A stretch of 64,000 nucleotides of DNA from contig CAVZJB010000005.1 in assembly GCA_963775425.1 (NCBI GenBank), positions 288,001 to 352,000 on the forward strand, in the 5' to 3' direction. The stretch is from an uncultured delta proteobacterium (GTDB taxonomy: Bacteria > Myxococcota > UBA727 > VGSZ01). A program made the translations under genes and the position numbers. Below the pieces are notes generated by a model. It was not told where the DNA came from. It searched no databases and was given only the letters and a program-made list of their open reading frames with translations. Positions 21,963 through 31,937 of the stretch are shown here, piece after piece (position 1 is the first letter of the stretch; each line of letters starts with the position of its first letter).

Positions 21963-23252
21963 TCAGCGCAGCTCGCAGACGAAGCCGCGCGGGGTGTCGC
22001 AGGCCACGTCGTTCCACTTGCCGGCGACGTCCACCTCGACGCAGTCCTCGTCGCCGTTGCTGTTGGGCTGGTTGTTCTCGAAGTTCTCGAAGCCCGCGCC
22101 GATGGCGACGCCGTCGTCGACGCGAACGAAGCGCGTGCCGTCGGTGTTGGCCTCGAACGCGATGTCGTCGTAGCCGATGTACGCGCGCGCGTTGAACTGA
22201 GCGGTGATGAGCGCGATGTCGTCGTCCTCCGGCGCCGAGGTGGGCATGGCGAGGTGGCCGCCGAGCGACACGCAGGTGCTCTCCGCGGCCGCGAACGTGA
22301 GGGGCGTCGCCGACGCCAAGAGCAGCCGGCCGTGCGCGAAGTGGACTGCGAGCGGTCCGCTGCCGCCGCCGCAGTCGGCCGCGCAGCCGTCGCCGCCGAC
22401 GGTGTTGCCGTCGTCGCACGTCTCGCCGAGCGCCGGCTCGACGACGCCGTCGCCGCAGAAGGTGGCGCCGCTCGGCGGCAGCTCGCACAGCGTGGCGGCG
22501 CGGTTGAAGAACGGGTCGCCGTCGTTGTTGATGCGGGTGCAGTTGATGTCGTTCCAACCGCTGCTGCCTGCCGAGTCGTCCCAGAGGTTCACGCAGTCCT
22601 CGCCGCCGTTGCCGCCGTTGTCGTCGGGCTGGTTGGCCTTGAAGCGCCCGGGGAGGAGCGGCTCGCCGGTGAGCGTGAAGAACGTCCCTTCGGTGACGGC
22701 GTCGCTGACGCCGATCATCGGGTCGAGGTCCGGCAGGCGCATCGTCGTCGAGAGGAAGTCGTCCTCGGCCACGGTGCTCGGCACCGCCAGGTGCCCGCCG
22801 AGCCTCGCACAGCGCAAGGCGCCCGCGCTCCAGGTCTCGATGGCGGTGAACGCCGCGTAGCAATGTCCGCCGAACGCTCGCGTGAGCGCGGCCCCGGGAA
22901 CGGCGGGGCAATCGGCTTCTCCCTCGCCTTCGCCTTCGCCCTCGCCCTCTCCCTCGCCTTCGCCCTCGCCCTCTCCCTCGCCTTCGCTCTCGCCCTCGCC
23001 CTCGCCCTCACCTTCGCCCTCGCCCTCGCCCTCCGCCGGCGTGCCGGCGTCGTCGATCCCGGCGTCGTCGACGGGGAGCCCGGCGTCGTCGGGCACGCCT
23101 GCGTCGGGGTCGGCGGCGACGCACGCCGCCGCGACGCACGCGCCCGCGGCGCAGTCGGCGTCGCGCGCGCAGCCGAGGCGGAAGCCGCCGTCACACGTGC
23201 AGCCGCGCAGCGCGAGGCACGAGAGCGCAACGAGGACGAACCAGCGGCCCAC
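21963..23252 (-). CDS. secreted protein with GE linker, two C-type lectin domains and one Myxococcus Cys-rich repeat
   Basis: signal/lipobox-like N-terminus; (GE)n; GHCY..W..C...GGHLA...QPDD..EDCV..WNDINC and a second CTLD with QPN..EDCV..WNDVAC; CGDGVVEPALGETCDDGNTVGGDGC. Confidence 0.85.
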   Translation of the reverse strand: MGRWFVLVALSCLALRGCTCDGGFRLGCARDADCAAGACVAAACVAADPDAGVPDDAGLPVDDAGIDDAGTPAEGEGEGEGEGEGEGESEGEGEGEGEGEGEGEGEGEGEGEADCPAVPGAALTRAFGGHCYAAFTAIETWSAGALRCARLGGHLAVPSTVAEDDFLSTTMRLPDLDPMIGVSDAVTEGTFFTLTGEPLLPGRFKANQPDDNGGNGGEDCVNLWDDSAGSSGWNDINCTRINNDGDPFFNRAATLCELPPSGATFCGDGVVEPALGETCDDGNTVGGDGCAADCGGGSGPLAVHFAHGRLLLASATPLTFAAAESTCVSLGGHLAMPTSAPEDDDIALITAQFNARAYIGYDDIAFEANTDGTRFVRVDDGVAIGAGFENFENNQPNSNGDEDCVEVDVAGKWNDVACDTPRGFVCELR

Positions 23253-23329
23253 GCGGGGATGATCGCGCACGGACGAGGCGCGCGCGACGTCGGCCGCGCA
23301 CCCACACCCGCGCGCTCCGGCGCGCCGGG

Positions 23330-24901
23330 TCAGAGCTCGAACATCAGGAGCTGAAGCACGCGCTCCTGCTGCTGGTTCACGCCGGGCTCCTGGTGGAACG
23401 ACGTGTAGAGCACGCGCCCCGCGCCGGCGTTGAAGCCGACGGTGTGAGGCACGTCGGTGAGGGTGGTGTCGGTGAGCGGCGCGTCGGCGGTGATGTACAC
23501 CGTGACGTCCGGAGCCACCGCCTGCATCGCGACCCAGTCGATGAGCGGGTAGTCGAGCGCGATGCTCGTGGAGCCCATGCCCGCGGCGAGGTTGGAGTCG
23601 ACGATGACGCCGGGCAGGCCGGTGACGGTGTTGCCGGTCTTGGCGGAGCCGATGATGGCGTCGTTGCCGTAGAAGTCGATCTCGTCGGGCCACGCGCGCT
23701 CGACGATGCTGTAGGCCCAATCCGACGCGTACACGCTGCCGCCCTCGGTGACGAACTGGCGGATGTTGGCGACGGCGGTCTGGTCGAGCGTGAAGGAGAA
23801 GGCGAAGTCGCCGTCGTCGAGGCCGCAGTTGAGGAAGACGATGTCGTACTGCGAGAGCGTGGCGTAGTCGTCGAGCAGGTCGCTCACCCACGTCGACGAG
23901 AAGTTGGCGCCCTGGTAGATGTCGACGTTGGCGGAGTCGACGCCGATGTCGTTGAGCACGTTTTCGACGTGATCGTACTGGCCGGTGACCACGGCGATCT
24001 TCACCTCGGGCGAGGTGATGGCGCACTGATCGTCGGGGATGGTGGTGGTCTGGTCCGCGGTCACCGTCACCGGGATCGACGACGAGAAGCTGCCCTTGGT
24101 GACGAGGACGGTCTGGCTGCCCTCGGGGACGCCGGTGAGCGTGTAGTGCCCGTCGGCGTCCGTGCTGGTCTGCGCGCGCGTGCCGTCGGCGCGCTCGACG
24201 TACACGGTGGCGTCCGCGAGCCAGGTCTCGCCGTCGGGCGCGCACACGCGGCCCTCGACCGTGCCCGACCCCGCCGGCGGCGGCGGCGCCTCGCACGACG
24301 CGGGCGTGTCGAGGTTGAAGGTGCCGCCGTCGGCGACGGTGACGTCGTACTCCCGATAGAAGGCGCCCTTTTGCACCTTGAGGACCTGCGCGCCGACGGG
24401 GACGCCGGCGAGCGCGAAGCAGCCCTGCTGATCGGTGCCCGTGGAGAACACCGCGCCGGCGTCGGTGATGACGTAGACGTTGGCGCCGACGACCCAGGCG
24501 CCGGCGTCGTCGTCGCAGACGCAGCCGTCGACCTCACCGACGGGCGCCGGAGGGACGACGGGCGGATGGCAAGCCTCGTCCGTGAAGCGAGACTCGCGGC
24601 CGGACTCGACGAAGAGGTCCGCGGTGCGGGCGCTGTCGCCGGAGCCGATGGTCAGCGTGCAGCCGCCGGCGGCGACCTTGTCGACGGCGAAGGCGCCGGT
24701 GTCGTCGGTGGTGGCCGAGAGCGTGGCGCCGTCGGCGTCGACGATGGAGACGGGCTCCCCGGGGAGCACCGCGCCCGTGTCGAGCGAGCACACGGTGCCG
24801 GCCACGCGGCCGGGGAACCCGTGGAGGTCGTTGTCGCAGTTGCACGCGCCGGCGGAGACCGCGGTGAAGGCGAACGAGAGTGCAAGCATTCGAGTCTGCA
24901 C
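23330..24901 (-). CDS. lipoprotein with three carboxypeptidase-regulatory-like (prealbumin-fold) repeats and a C-terminal alpha/beta domain
   Basis: AGA|C lipobox; repeated G.V.G.VC...TD..G.F.L..VP.G; C-terminal IAVVTGQYD, IVFLNCG, YASDWAY and GRVLYTSFH. Confidence 0.8.
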   Translation of the reverse strand: MQTRMLALSFAFTAVSAGACNCDNDLHGFPGRVAGTVCSLDTGAVLPGEPVSIVDADGATLSATTDDTGAFAVDKVAAGGCTLTIGSGDSARTADLFVESGRESRFTDEACHPPVVPPAPVGEVDGCVCDDDAGAWVVGANVYVITDAGAVFSTGTDQQGCFALAGVPVGAQVLKVQKGAFYREYDVTVADGGTFNLDTPASCEAPPPPAGSGTVEGRVCAPDGETWLADATVYVERADGTRAQTSTDADGHYTLTGVPEGSQTVLVTKGSFSSSIPVTVTADQTTTIPDDQCAITSPEVKIAVVTGQYDHVENVLNDIGVDSANVDIYQGANFSSTWVSDLLDDYATLSQYDIVFLNCGLDDGDFAFSFTLDQTAVANIRQFVTEGGSVYASDWAYSIVERAWPDEIDFYGNDAIIGSAKTGNTVTGLPGVIVDSNLAAGMGSTSIALDYPLIDWVAMQAVAPDVTVYITADAPLTDTTLTDVPHTVGFNAGAGRVLYTSFHQEPGVNQQQERVLQLLMFEL

Positions 24902-24976
24902 GGGGCACCCCTCTTGCTGAAATCGGGCGGACCGTATCACCGGGGAAATGGGATCCGCAGAGCCGATCCGGGGAAA

Positions 24977-25999
24977 ATGCCAGTGCGCGTGCTCACATCT
25001 CCGTGCTCTTTCAAGGAAAGCCTGACCGCAACGCAGGCGTCGTCCGTGCTCGCGCGCGTCGCGCGCGAGCTGGGCGCCGACGTCGACGAAGCCCCGCTCG
25101 CCGACGGCGGCGAGGGCACCCTCGACGCGCTCACGCGTCCGCTCGCGCTGCGCTGCGAGCGATACGACGTCGGGGGGATGCTCGGCGGACGGGTCGTACC
25201 CCGCGTCGGGTGGCGCGACGCGCCGCTCGCGTTCGGGGGCGGGCCGGTGGCGGTGCTCGAGGTGGCGGAGGTGGTCGGCCTCGCGCTCGTGCAGCCGCAC
25301 GCGCGCGATCCGTGGCGCGCGACGACGCGCGGCCTCGGCGAGCTGCTCGCGCACGTCGTGGACCGCGGCGCGCGCACCGTGCTTGTGGGGCTCGGCGGCA
25401 GCGCGACGGTCGACGGCGGCGCGGGGCTGCTCGAGGCGTGCCCGTCGCTGCCGGAGGGCGTCTCGCTCTTCGGGCTCGTCGACGTCGACGTGCCGCTCGC
25501 AGGGGCGCGGATGTTCATGCGCCAGAAGCTCGGGCCCGTCGCCGACCCCGACGCCGCCGTCGAAGCGCTCGCGGCGCGCCTCGACGGGATGTTCGCGCCG
25601 GCGGTCGCGGCGGTGCCGGGCGCGGGCGCCGCGGGCGGCCTCGGCGCCGCCCTCGTCTCCCTCGGCGGCGTCCTCGTGCCGGGCGCGGGGTTCGTGATGG
25701 ACGCGCTCGACCTCGACCCGCGCATCGCCGGCGCAGACGTCGTGCTCACCGGTGAGGGCGCCGTCGACGCGCAGACCGCGCGGGGCAAGCTCGTCTCCGC
25801 GCTCGCCGCCCGGTGCGCGCGGCGCGGCACGCGGCTCGTCGCCTTCTGCGGCGCCGATCGCCGCACGGCGGCGGAGCGGGCCGCGAGCGCGCTCGAGGTC
25901 GTCGTCATCACCCCGGCGGGCCAGCCGCTCGACGAGGCGTTGCGCGCCGCCGCCGACAACCTCGCCGCCGCCGCGCGCCGCGTCCTCACCGGCGCGTAG
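24977..25999 (+). CDS. glycerate kinase (GlxK/GarK family), shortened
   Basis: SFKESLTA, PLADGGEGT, GLGGSATVDGG, GAGAAGGLG and TGEGAVDAQT..GK. Confidence 0.9.
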   Translation: MPVRVLTSPCSFKESLTATQASSVLARVARELGADVDEAPLADGGEGTLDALTRPLALRCERYDVGGMLGGRVVPRVGWRDAPLAFGGGPVAVLEVAEVVGLALVQPHARDPWRATTRGLGELLAHVVDRGARTVLVGLGGSATVDGGAGLLEACPSLPEGVSLFGLVDVDVPLAGARMFMRQKLGPVADPDAAVEALAARLDGMFAPAVAAVPGAGAAGGLGAALVSLGGVLVPGAGFVMDALDLDPRIAGADVVLTGEGAVDAQTARGKLVSALAARCARRGTRLVAFCGADRRTAAERAASALEVVVITPAGQPLDEALRAAADNLAAAARRVLTGA

Positions 26000-26154
26000 C
26001 CCACGCGCGTCGGCCGGCGCTGCGCCCGGGAGAACGCGAGGAAGCTCGGGGGAACCGATGCGTTCCAGGGTGAACCGCGGCGGAGCGCCGGACGCGCGCC
26101 GGGCGCTCGCGCCGGCGCCGGAGCGTTGGCGCGGGCGTTGCGTCGCTCGCGGGC

Positions 26155-26403
26155 ATGAAGCTGCTCGTCCTCGCCCTCCTCCTCGCCGCCGGCTGCGCGC
26201 GGGCGCCGTGCAAGACCACCTCGGACTGCGGGGCCGGCGCCGTCTGCGTCGTCGATCCTTCGCCCTTCGCATCGGGACGCTGCGCTGCCTCGCCGCGACG
26301 GCCGCAAATCCGCACCGCGCGCCCCGTCCTCGACGCCGTCGTCGCGCGCGGCGGCTCGATGTCGCTGAAGGGCTCGCTCTCTTTCACCAGGAGGTCACCG
26401 TGA
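26155..26403 (+). CDS. small Cys-containing lipoprotein
   Basis: LLLAAG|C lipobox; CKTTSDC...C; GTGA overlap with the next gene. Confidence 0.6.
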   Translation: MKLLVLALLLAAGCARAPCKTTSDCGAGAVCVVDPSPFASGRCAASPRRPQIRTARPVLDAVVARGGSMSLKGSLSFTRRSP

Positions 26404-27029
26404 TCGCCATCGTGCTTTTGTGCCTCGCTCCGTCCGAGGTCCCCCACGTCGTCACCTTGAACGCCGTCCTCGAGGAGGACGGCGCGGCGGTGGACCGCAC
26501 CGTCGACGCCGCCTTCGTCCTGTGGGACCACGAGCGAGGCGGGACCGCCGTGTGGAGCGAGGCCGACACGGTCGCCGTCCGCTCCGGCGTCCTCGTCGCC
26601 GACCTGGGTCTGCGCCGGGCGCTCCCCGCGGAGGTCTTCACGCGCGCGCTCTGGCTCGAGATCTCCATCGACGGTCAGGCGCTGTCGCCGCGCTCGCGCA
26701 TCGCGAGCGTCCCCTACGCCTACGCCGCCGAGCACGCCGACGAGGCCGACACCCTCGACGGCCTCGGCGTCGACGACCTCGCCACGCGCGCGGCCCTCCG
26801 GGAGCCGGGCGGCGCGAAGGTCAGCTACCAAAACCTCGTCGACGTCCCCGCGGGCGTGCCGCTCTACCAGGAGCTCGCCGCGTGCGACACCACGCGCCGC
26901 CTCACGCTCTCGGCGGTCTGCGTCCCGCGCCCCTGCACCACCGGCGCGCGCGACTGCGCCGGCGCCTGCGGCGACAGCGGCCCGGGGGAGTGCGAAAACG
27001 AGCTCGTCGGGACCCTCGGGCCCCCGTAA
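26400..27029 (+). CDS. secreted protein with an 'SVPYA' fibre/adhesin-type N-terminal domain
   Basis: AGGAGG RBS; F.LWD...GGTAVWSE...G....LG...LWLEISIDGQALSPRSRIASVPYA; short Cys-rich C-terminus. Confidence 0.65.
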   Translation: MIAIVLLCLAPSEVPHVVTLNAVLEEDGAAVDRTVDAAFVLWDHERGGTAVWSEADTVAVRSGVLVADLGLRRALPAEVFTRALWLEISIDGQALSPRSRIASVPYAYAAEHADEADTLDGLGVDDLATRAALREPGGAKVSYQNLVDVPAGVPLYQELAACDTTRRLTLSAVCVPRPCTTGARDCAGACGDSGPGECENELVGTLGPP

Positions 27030-27071
27030 CGAGCGCTAGATCCCCGGCCGCTCTCGTGCGTTCATGGGCCC

Positions 27072-29405
27072 ATGCGCCTCGCCACCCTCGTCCTCGCCTT
27101 CGCCGCCGTCGCCGCCACCCGGGCCTCGGCCATCGGCATCCTCGTCCCCACGGACCCGGGCGGGCAGCCGCTCACGCTCGTGTCCCACCGGGTGGACGTG
27201 AAGATCGTCGAGCGCGGCGCGACGACGCACGTCACACAGGAATTCGAAAACCCCACCGGCCGTCCGCTCGAGGCCACGTACCTCTTCCCGCTGCCCCGGG
27301 GCGCCACGGTGGACGAATTCGCCCTGTGGATGAACGGCTCGCGCCAGACCGGCAAGGTGCTCGAGAAGAACCAGGCGCGCCAGATCTACCAGGGCATCGT
27401 GGCGCGGGCGCGGGACCCGGGGCTCATCGAGTACGTCGACAGCCAGCTCTTCGAGGCCCGGGTGTTCCCCGTTCCCGCCACCGGCCGCCTCAAGGTGGAG
27501 CTCACGTTCTCGAGCCTCGTCGACTACGACAACGGCCTGCACCGCTACGTCTACCCGATGAAGACCGACCAGCGCGCAGCGTCGACGCTGCAGGACTTCA
27601 CGTTCAGCGTCAGCATCGACAGCAAGCTCGAGATCAAGAACCTCTACTCGCCCACCCACAAGATGGCGACCCGGCGCTCCGGGCGGCACGCGGTGGCGTC
27701 CCTCGAGCGCGACGGCTTCTCCCTCGCCGATGACCTCGCCCTGTACTGGTCCGTCGACGACAAGGACGTCGGCGTCACCGTGTTGTCGTACAAGGACGGC
27801 GACGGCGCCGGCTACTTCATGATGTTGGCGTCGCCCAAGGACGGGCTGCGCGAAAGCGAGATCATCGGCAAGCGCGTGGCGTTCGTCGTCGACACGTCGG
27901 GCTCCATGGACGGTGAGAAGATCGAGGCCACGCGGCGAGCTCTCGTGCAATGTCTGTCGCGCCTCGGCGAGGACGACCTGTTCTCCATCGTGTCGTTCGG
28001 CGGCTACGCGGAGCCGTGGAAGCAGAAGATGGTGGCGGCGAGCCGGTCGAACGTCGCCGCCGCCAAGGCGTGGGTGAACAAGCTCGAGGCCATGGGCGGC
28101 ACCAACATCGACGAGGCGCTGCAGACGGCGTTCGCCACGGCCACCGGCTCCGACAAGACGCCGCTCATGATGGTGTTCATGACCGACGGCCGCCCCACCA
28201 TCGGCGAGACCGACACCGCGAAGATCGTGGCGCGCGCGCAGCGGGAGCGGCAGGAGAAGAAGGCGCGCATCTTCGTGCTCGGCGTCGGCGACGATCTGAA
28301 CCCGCAGCTCCTCGACAAGCTCAGCTCCGCCAACGGCGGCAGCGCGCTCTACCTCAAGGGCACGGCGGCGCTCGAGGGCGAGGTGTCGTCGTTTTACGAG
28401 CGCATCTCACACCCGGTGCTCGCGGACCTCCACCTCGACGTCGACGGCGACGTCAACGTGTTCGGCACGCAGCCGCGCGTGCTCGGCGATCTGTTCGCGG
28501 GGGAGCAGCTCGTGGTGCTCGGCCGCTACCGAAACCCGGGCGACGCGCGCTTCAAGCTCACCGGCACCACGCCGCACGGCAAGCGCACGTTCACGGCGAC
28601 GGCGCAGCTCGCGGAGCGCGCCACCGAGCACACGTTCATCCCGCGGCTGTGGGCGCAGCGGCAGGTGGGCATGCTCCTCGACGAGATCCGGGACAAGGGT
28701 GAAAAGCCCGGGCTCGTCGCCGAGGTCACGCAGCTCGCGACGCGCTTCGGCATCGTGACGCCGTATACGAGCTACCTCGTCGTGGAGCCCACGAGCCCCG
28801 TGGCAGAGCCCGACCTCCGGCTCGAGCGCGAGCGGCGCATCGATGACCTCATGGGTCCGCCGCCGCCGCCGGCCGACATGCCCGCCTCTGCCGCGCCCGT
28901 GCCCGCCACGGGCGCCGACGAGGCCGACAAGGACGGCGCCGGCTTCTTCCACGGCCTCTTCGGCGGCGGCTCCGCGGCGACGTCGGGCGGCGCCAAGGGC
29001 GCGCCCCGGGGCAGGCCCATGGCGCTCGAGGAGGCGCGCAAGGCGATGCGCGCGGAGTCCGGCGAGGGCGCGGTGGCGGCGGCCAAGGAGATCGGCAAGC
29101 TCAAGAAGGCGGACACCCTGTCGCGCACGCGGGTGGCGACGTCGACCAAGCGCGCGCTCGGGCGCGACTTCACCATGCGCGACGGCTTCTTCGTCGACGG
29201 CGCGTGCGGCGCCAAAGACAAGGTGCTCGCGGTGAAGGCGTACTCGGACGCGTTCTTCCAGGTGCTCGAGCGCCGCCCCGACCTCAAGGCGGCGCTCGCG
29301 CTCGGCGACCACGTGAAGGTCAGCGTGGGCAAGGGCAAGACGCTCGTGATCGGCCCGTCCGGCGTCGACAAGCGCGACGACCCGCGGCTCGCCCGCTTCC
29401 TCTGA
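27072..29405 (+). CDS. secreted VIT + vWA domain protein
   Basis: signal peptide; VIT (TQEFENP...YLFPLP...DPGLIEY); MIDAS DTSGSM, GGTNI and MTDGRPT; LWAQRQV...VTPYTSYLV. Confidence 0.9.
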   Translation: MRLATLVLAFAAVAATRASAIGILVPTDPGGQPLTLVSHRVDVKIVERGATTHVTQEFENPTGRPLEATYLFPLPRGATVDEFALWMNGSRQTGKVLEKNQARQIYQGIVARARDPGLIEYVDSQLFEARVFPVPATGRLKVELTFSSLVDYDNGLHRYVYPMKTDQRAASTLQDFTFSVSIDSKLEIKNLYSPTHKMATRRSGRHAVASLERDGFSLADDLALYWSVDDKDVGVTVLSYKDGDGAGYFMMLASPKDGLRESEIIGKRVAFVVDTSGSMDGEKIEATRRALVQCLSRLGEDDLFSIVSFGGYAEPWKQKMVAASRSNVAAAKAWVNKLEAMGGTNIDEALQTAFATATGSDKTPLMMVFMTDGRPTIGETDTAKIVARAQRERQEKKARIFVLGVGDDLNPQLLDKLSSANGGSALYLKGTAALEGEVSSFYERISHPVLADLHLDVDGDVNVFGTQPRVLGDLFAGEQLVVLGRYRNPGDARFKLTGTTPHGKRTFTATAQLAERATEHTFIPRLWAQRQVGMLLDEIRDKGEKPGLVAEVTQLATRFGIVTPYTSYLVVEPTSPVAEPDLRLERERRIDDLMGPPPPPADMPASAAPVPATGADEADKDGAGFFHGLFGGGSAATSGGAKGAPRGRPMALEEARKAMRAESGEGAVAAAKEIGKLKKADTLSRTRVATSTKRALGRDFTMRDGFFVDGACGAKDKVLAVKAYSDAFFQVLERRPDLKAALALGDHVKVSVGKGKTLVIGPSGVDKRDDPRLARFL

Positions 29406-29427
29406 CGCCCGGTCGCGTGCCCATCCA

Positions 29428-29454
29428 CGCGGCCGCTCCCTCCGGTCGCCGATC
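29428..29454 (-). repeat. REP-like repeat copy
   Basis: reverse complement GATCGGCGACCGGAGGGAGCGGCCGCG, 22 nt after the VIT-vWA stop. Confidence 0.7.
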
Positions 29455-29636
29455 GATGCGCGCCCTTCGCGTCGCCGAGCAACTTCTTCCGCGTGAACCA
29501 GAACATCCCCGCCTGAGCGGGGGCAATCCGCCGCCCTCCTTCGGGCCGTTGGCGGATCCGCCGTCTAAGCGGTTGAAATCGTGGAGCCTCGAGGAATGTG
29601 CGACACGCGCGTACCCGTCCTGCCGATATCCGACTC

Positions 29637-31721
29637 ATGCGCACCTCGGCTTCCCTCTCGTTCCCGGCCGCGCTCCTCGGCGCCCTGGCGTTGGCGGCCT
29701 GTCCCACCCCCGTGAAGGTCGACAGCACGCCCGGCGCGTGCAGCGCGGATGACCCCGCGTGCATCCCGTGCACCTTCGACACCGACTGCCCCAACGGCGG
29801 CGTGTGCACCGACGGCGTCTGCGGTACGGCCCTCGGCACCGACGACGGGAGCGGCGCGAACGACGGCTCCGGCGGCACCGGCGAAGACGGCTGCGGCCAG
29901 ACGTCCGAGTGCCCCATGACGCAGATGTGCAACGGCTCCACGCACCTGTGCGCCAACCTCCCCGCCGGCTGGTGCCGCCAGCCCAACGACTGCAGCGGCA
30001 GCACCCCGAAGTGCAGCGCGGCCTCGTCGAACGTCCCCGGCCTCTGCGTCGAGTGCCTGAGCGACAGCGACTGCGGCAACGGCGCCCGCTGCGGCGGCGG
30101 CGGCGTCTGCTCCGGCGGCGGCAACGGCACCGTCTGCCCGCCCAACGCGAGCCCCAACGCGCAGGGGCAGTGCGCCTGCAACACGGGCTTCCACCTCGAC
30201 AGCAGCACGCACACCTGTGAGGCCGACACCCCGTCCGCGGGCTGCGTCGACCACGCCCACCCCGTCACCGGCCAGGCCGGGCGCTGCGACTGCGACGTCG
30301 GCTACGTCCCGTCCGCCGACGGCAACGCGTGCGTGCGCCCCGACTCGACGGGCGGCGGCTCCACCGGCGGCGGCTCCACCGGCGGCGGCTCCACCGGCGG
30401 CGGCTCCACCGGCGGCGACGGCTCCAGCGGCGGCGGCAGCATCATCGGCAACTGCGGCCCCAACACCGTGGCGGTCTTCTTCGTCTGTTTCTGCCTCCCC
30501 GGCTTTGCCCCGAACCCCAACGGCGACGTCGGCTGCAGCGCCGACGACAGCTCGAACGACCCCGGCGCCGGCACCGGCGGCACCGACCCCGGCACCGGCG
30601 GCACCGGCGGCACCGACCCCGGCACCGGCGGCACCGACCCCGGCACCGGCAGCGGCTCAGGCGACCCCTGCCAGGACTACGGCTGGTACGGCGACGGCGT
30701 GTGCGACGACTTCTGCGCCAACCCCGACCCCGACTGCGACGGCAGCAGCGGCACCGGCGGCACCGACCCGGGCACCGGCGGCACCGACCCCGGCACCGGC
30801 ACCACGGATCCCGGCGGCACCAGCGGTGACGACGTCTGCCAGGACAACGGCTGGTACAACGACGGCGTCTGCGACACCTTCTGCCCGAGCCCCGATCCCG
30901 ACTGCGGCAGCGACCCGGGCACCGGCGGCACCGACCCCGGCACCGGCGGCACCGACCCGGGCACCGGCGGCACCGACCCCGGCACCGGCACCACGGACGT
31001 CTGCGAGCAGAACGGCTGGTACGGCGACGGCGTCTGCGACGACTTCTGCCCGAACACCGACCCCGACTGCGACGCGCACGCCGGCGGCGACGACGTCTGC
31101 GCCGACAACGGCTGGTACGGCGACGGCGTCTGCGACACCTTCTGCACCAACCCCGACCCCGACTGCGGCGCCGCCCAGAGCGACGTCTGCCAGGACAACG
31201 GCTGGTACGGCGACGGCGTCTGCGACACCTTCTGCGCCAACCCCGACCCCGACTGCAACAGCGGCTCGACGGGCGGCGGCTCCACGGGCGGCGGCTCCAC
31301 GGGCGGCGGCTCCACCGGCAGCGGCGACGTCTGCGCCGACAACGGCTGGTACGGCGACGGCGTGTGCGACGACTTCTGCGCGCAGCCCGACCCCGACTGC
31401 AACACCGGCGGCGGCAGCAACGGCGGCGGCAGCGGCGGCTCCTCCGGCGACGTCTGCGCCGACAACGGCTGGTACGGCGACGGCGTGTGCGACGACTTCT
31501 GCGCGCAGCCCGACCCCGACTGCAACGGCGGCGGCGGCAGCAACGGCGGCGGCGGCTCCGGCGACATCTGCGCGGACAACGGCTGGTACGGCGACATGGT
31601 CTGCGACACCAACTGCGCGCAGCCCGATCCCGACTGCAGCGACTCGTGCGCGGTGAACGGTTGGTACGGCGACGGCGAGTGCGACACGTTCTGCGCGCAG
31701 ACCGACCCCGACTGCTTCTGA
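29637..31721 (+). CDS. Cys-rich lipoprotein with EGF-like modules, Gly/Thr linkers and 9 LNR/Notch-like repeats
   Basis: LALAA|C lipobox; nine copies of D.C...GWY.DG.CD.FC...DPDC; (TGGGS)n and (GTGGTDP)n linkers. Confidence 0.85.
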   Translation: MRTSASLSFPAALLGALALAACPTPVKVDSTPGACSADDPACIPCTFDTDCPNGGVCTDGVCGTALGTDDGSGANDGSGGTGEDGCGQTSECPMTQMCNGSTHLCANLPAGWCRQPNDCSGSTPKCSAASSNVPGLCVECLSDSDCGNGARCGGGGVCSGGGNGTVCPPNASPNAQGQCACNTGFHLDSSTHTCEADTPSAGCVDHAHPVTGQAGRCDCDVGYVPSADGNACVRPDSTGGGSTGGGSTGGGSTGGGSTGGDGSSGGGSIIGNCGPNTVAVFFVCFCLPGFAPNPNGDVGCSADDSSNDPGAGTGGTDPGTGGTGGTDPGTGGTDPGTGSGSGDPCQDYGWYGDGVCDDFCANPDPDCDGSSGTGGTDPGTGGTDPGTGTTDPGGTSGDDVCQDNGWYNDGVCDTFCPSPDPDCGSDPGTGGTDPGTGGTDPGTGGTDPGTGTTDVCEQNGWYGDGVCDDFCPNTDPDCDAHAGGDDVCADNGWYGDGVCDTFCTNPDPDCGAAQSDVCQDNGWYGDGVCDTFCANPDPDCNSGSTGGGSTGGGSTGGGSTGSGDVCADNGWYGDGVCDDFCAQPDPDCNTGGGSNGGGSGGSSGDVCADNGWYGDGVCDDFCAQPDPDCNGGGGSNGGGGSGDICADNGWYGDMVCDTNCAQPDPDCSDSCAVNGWYGDGECDTFCAQTDPDCF
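30664..31717 (+). repeat. nine ~75-nt coding repeats (DVCADNGWYGDGVCDDFCAQPDPDC consensus)
   Basis: read directly from the sequence and translation. Confidence 0.9.
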
Positions 31722-31937
31722 GCCCCGACGACGTCGCGCGGCGGCGCGCAGCGAGGTCCTCGCGAGCCTCCGCCCGACGTAGCCGGCTGGGTCAAGGCAA
31801 CGCTCGCGCCACGGCCACGGCCGCGGCGCGCGGCGCTCCCCGGTGACGCGGATTCCCATCATGAACCGCTCCCCGCGGTCGCCGATCCCTCTTGAGCCCT
31901 CGCGCGCGAGAGGTCATGACGCCACCAAGGAGCCTTC

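Noticed and set aside
30664-31717. Regularly spaced direct repeats resembling a CRISPR array
   Set aside because: Units are in-frame coding repeats with synonymous variation and low-complexity linkers; no cas genes
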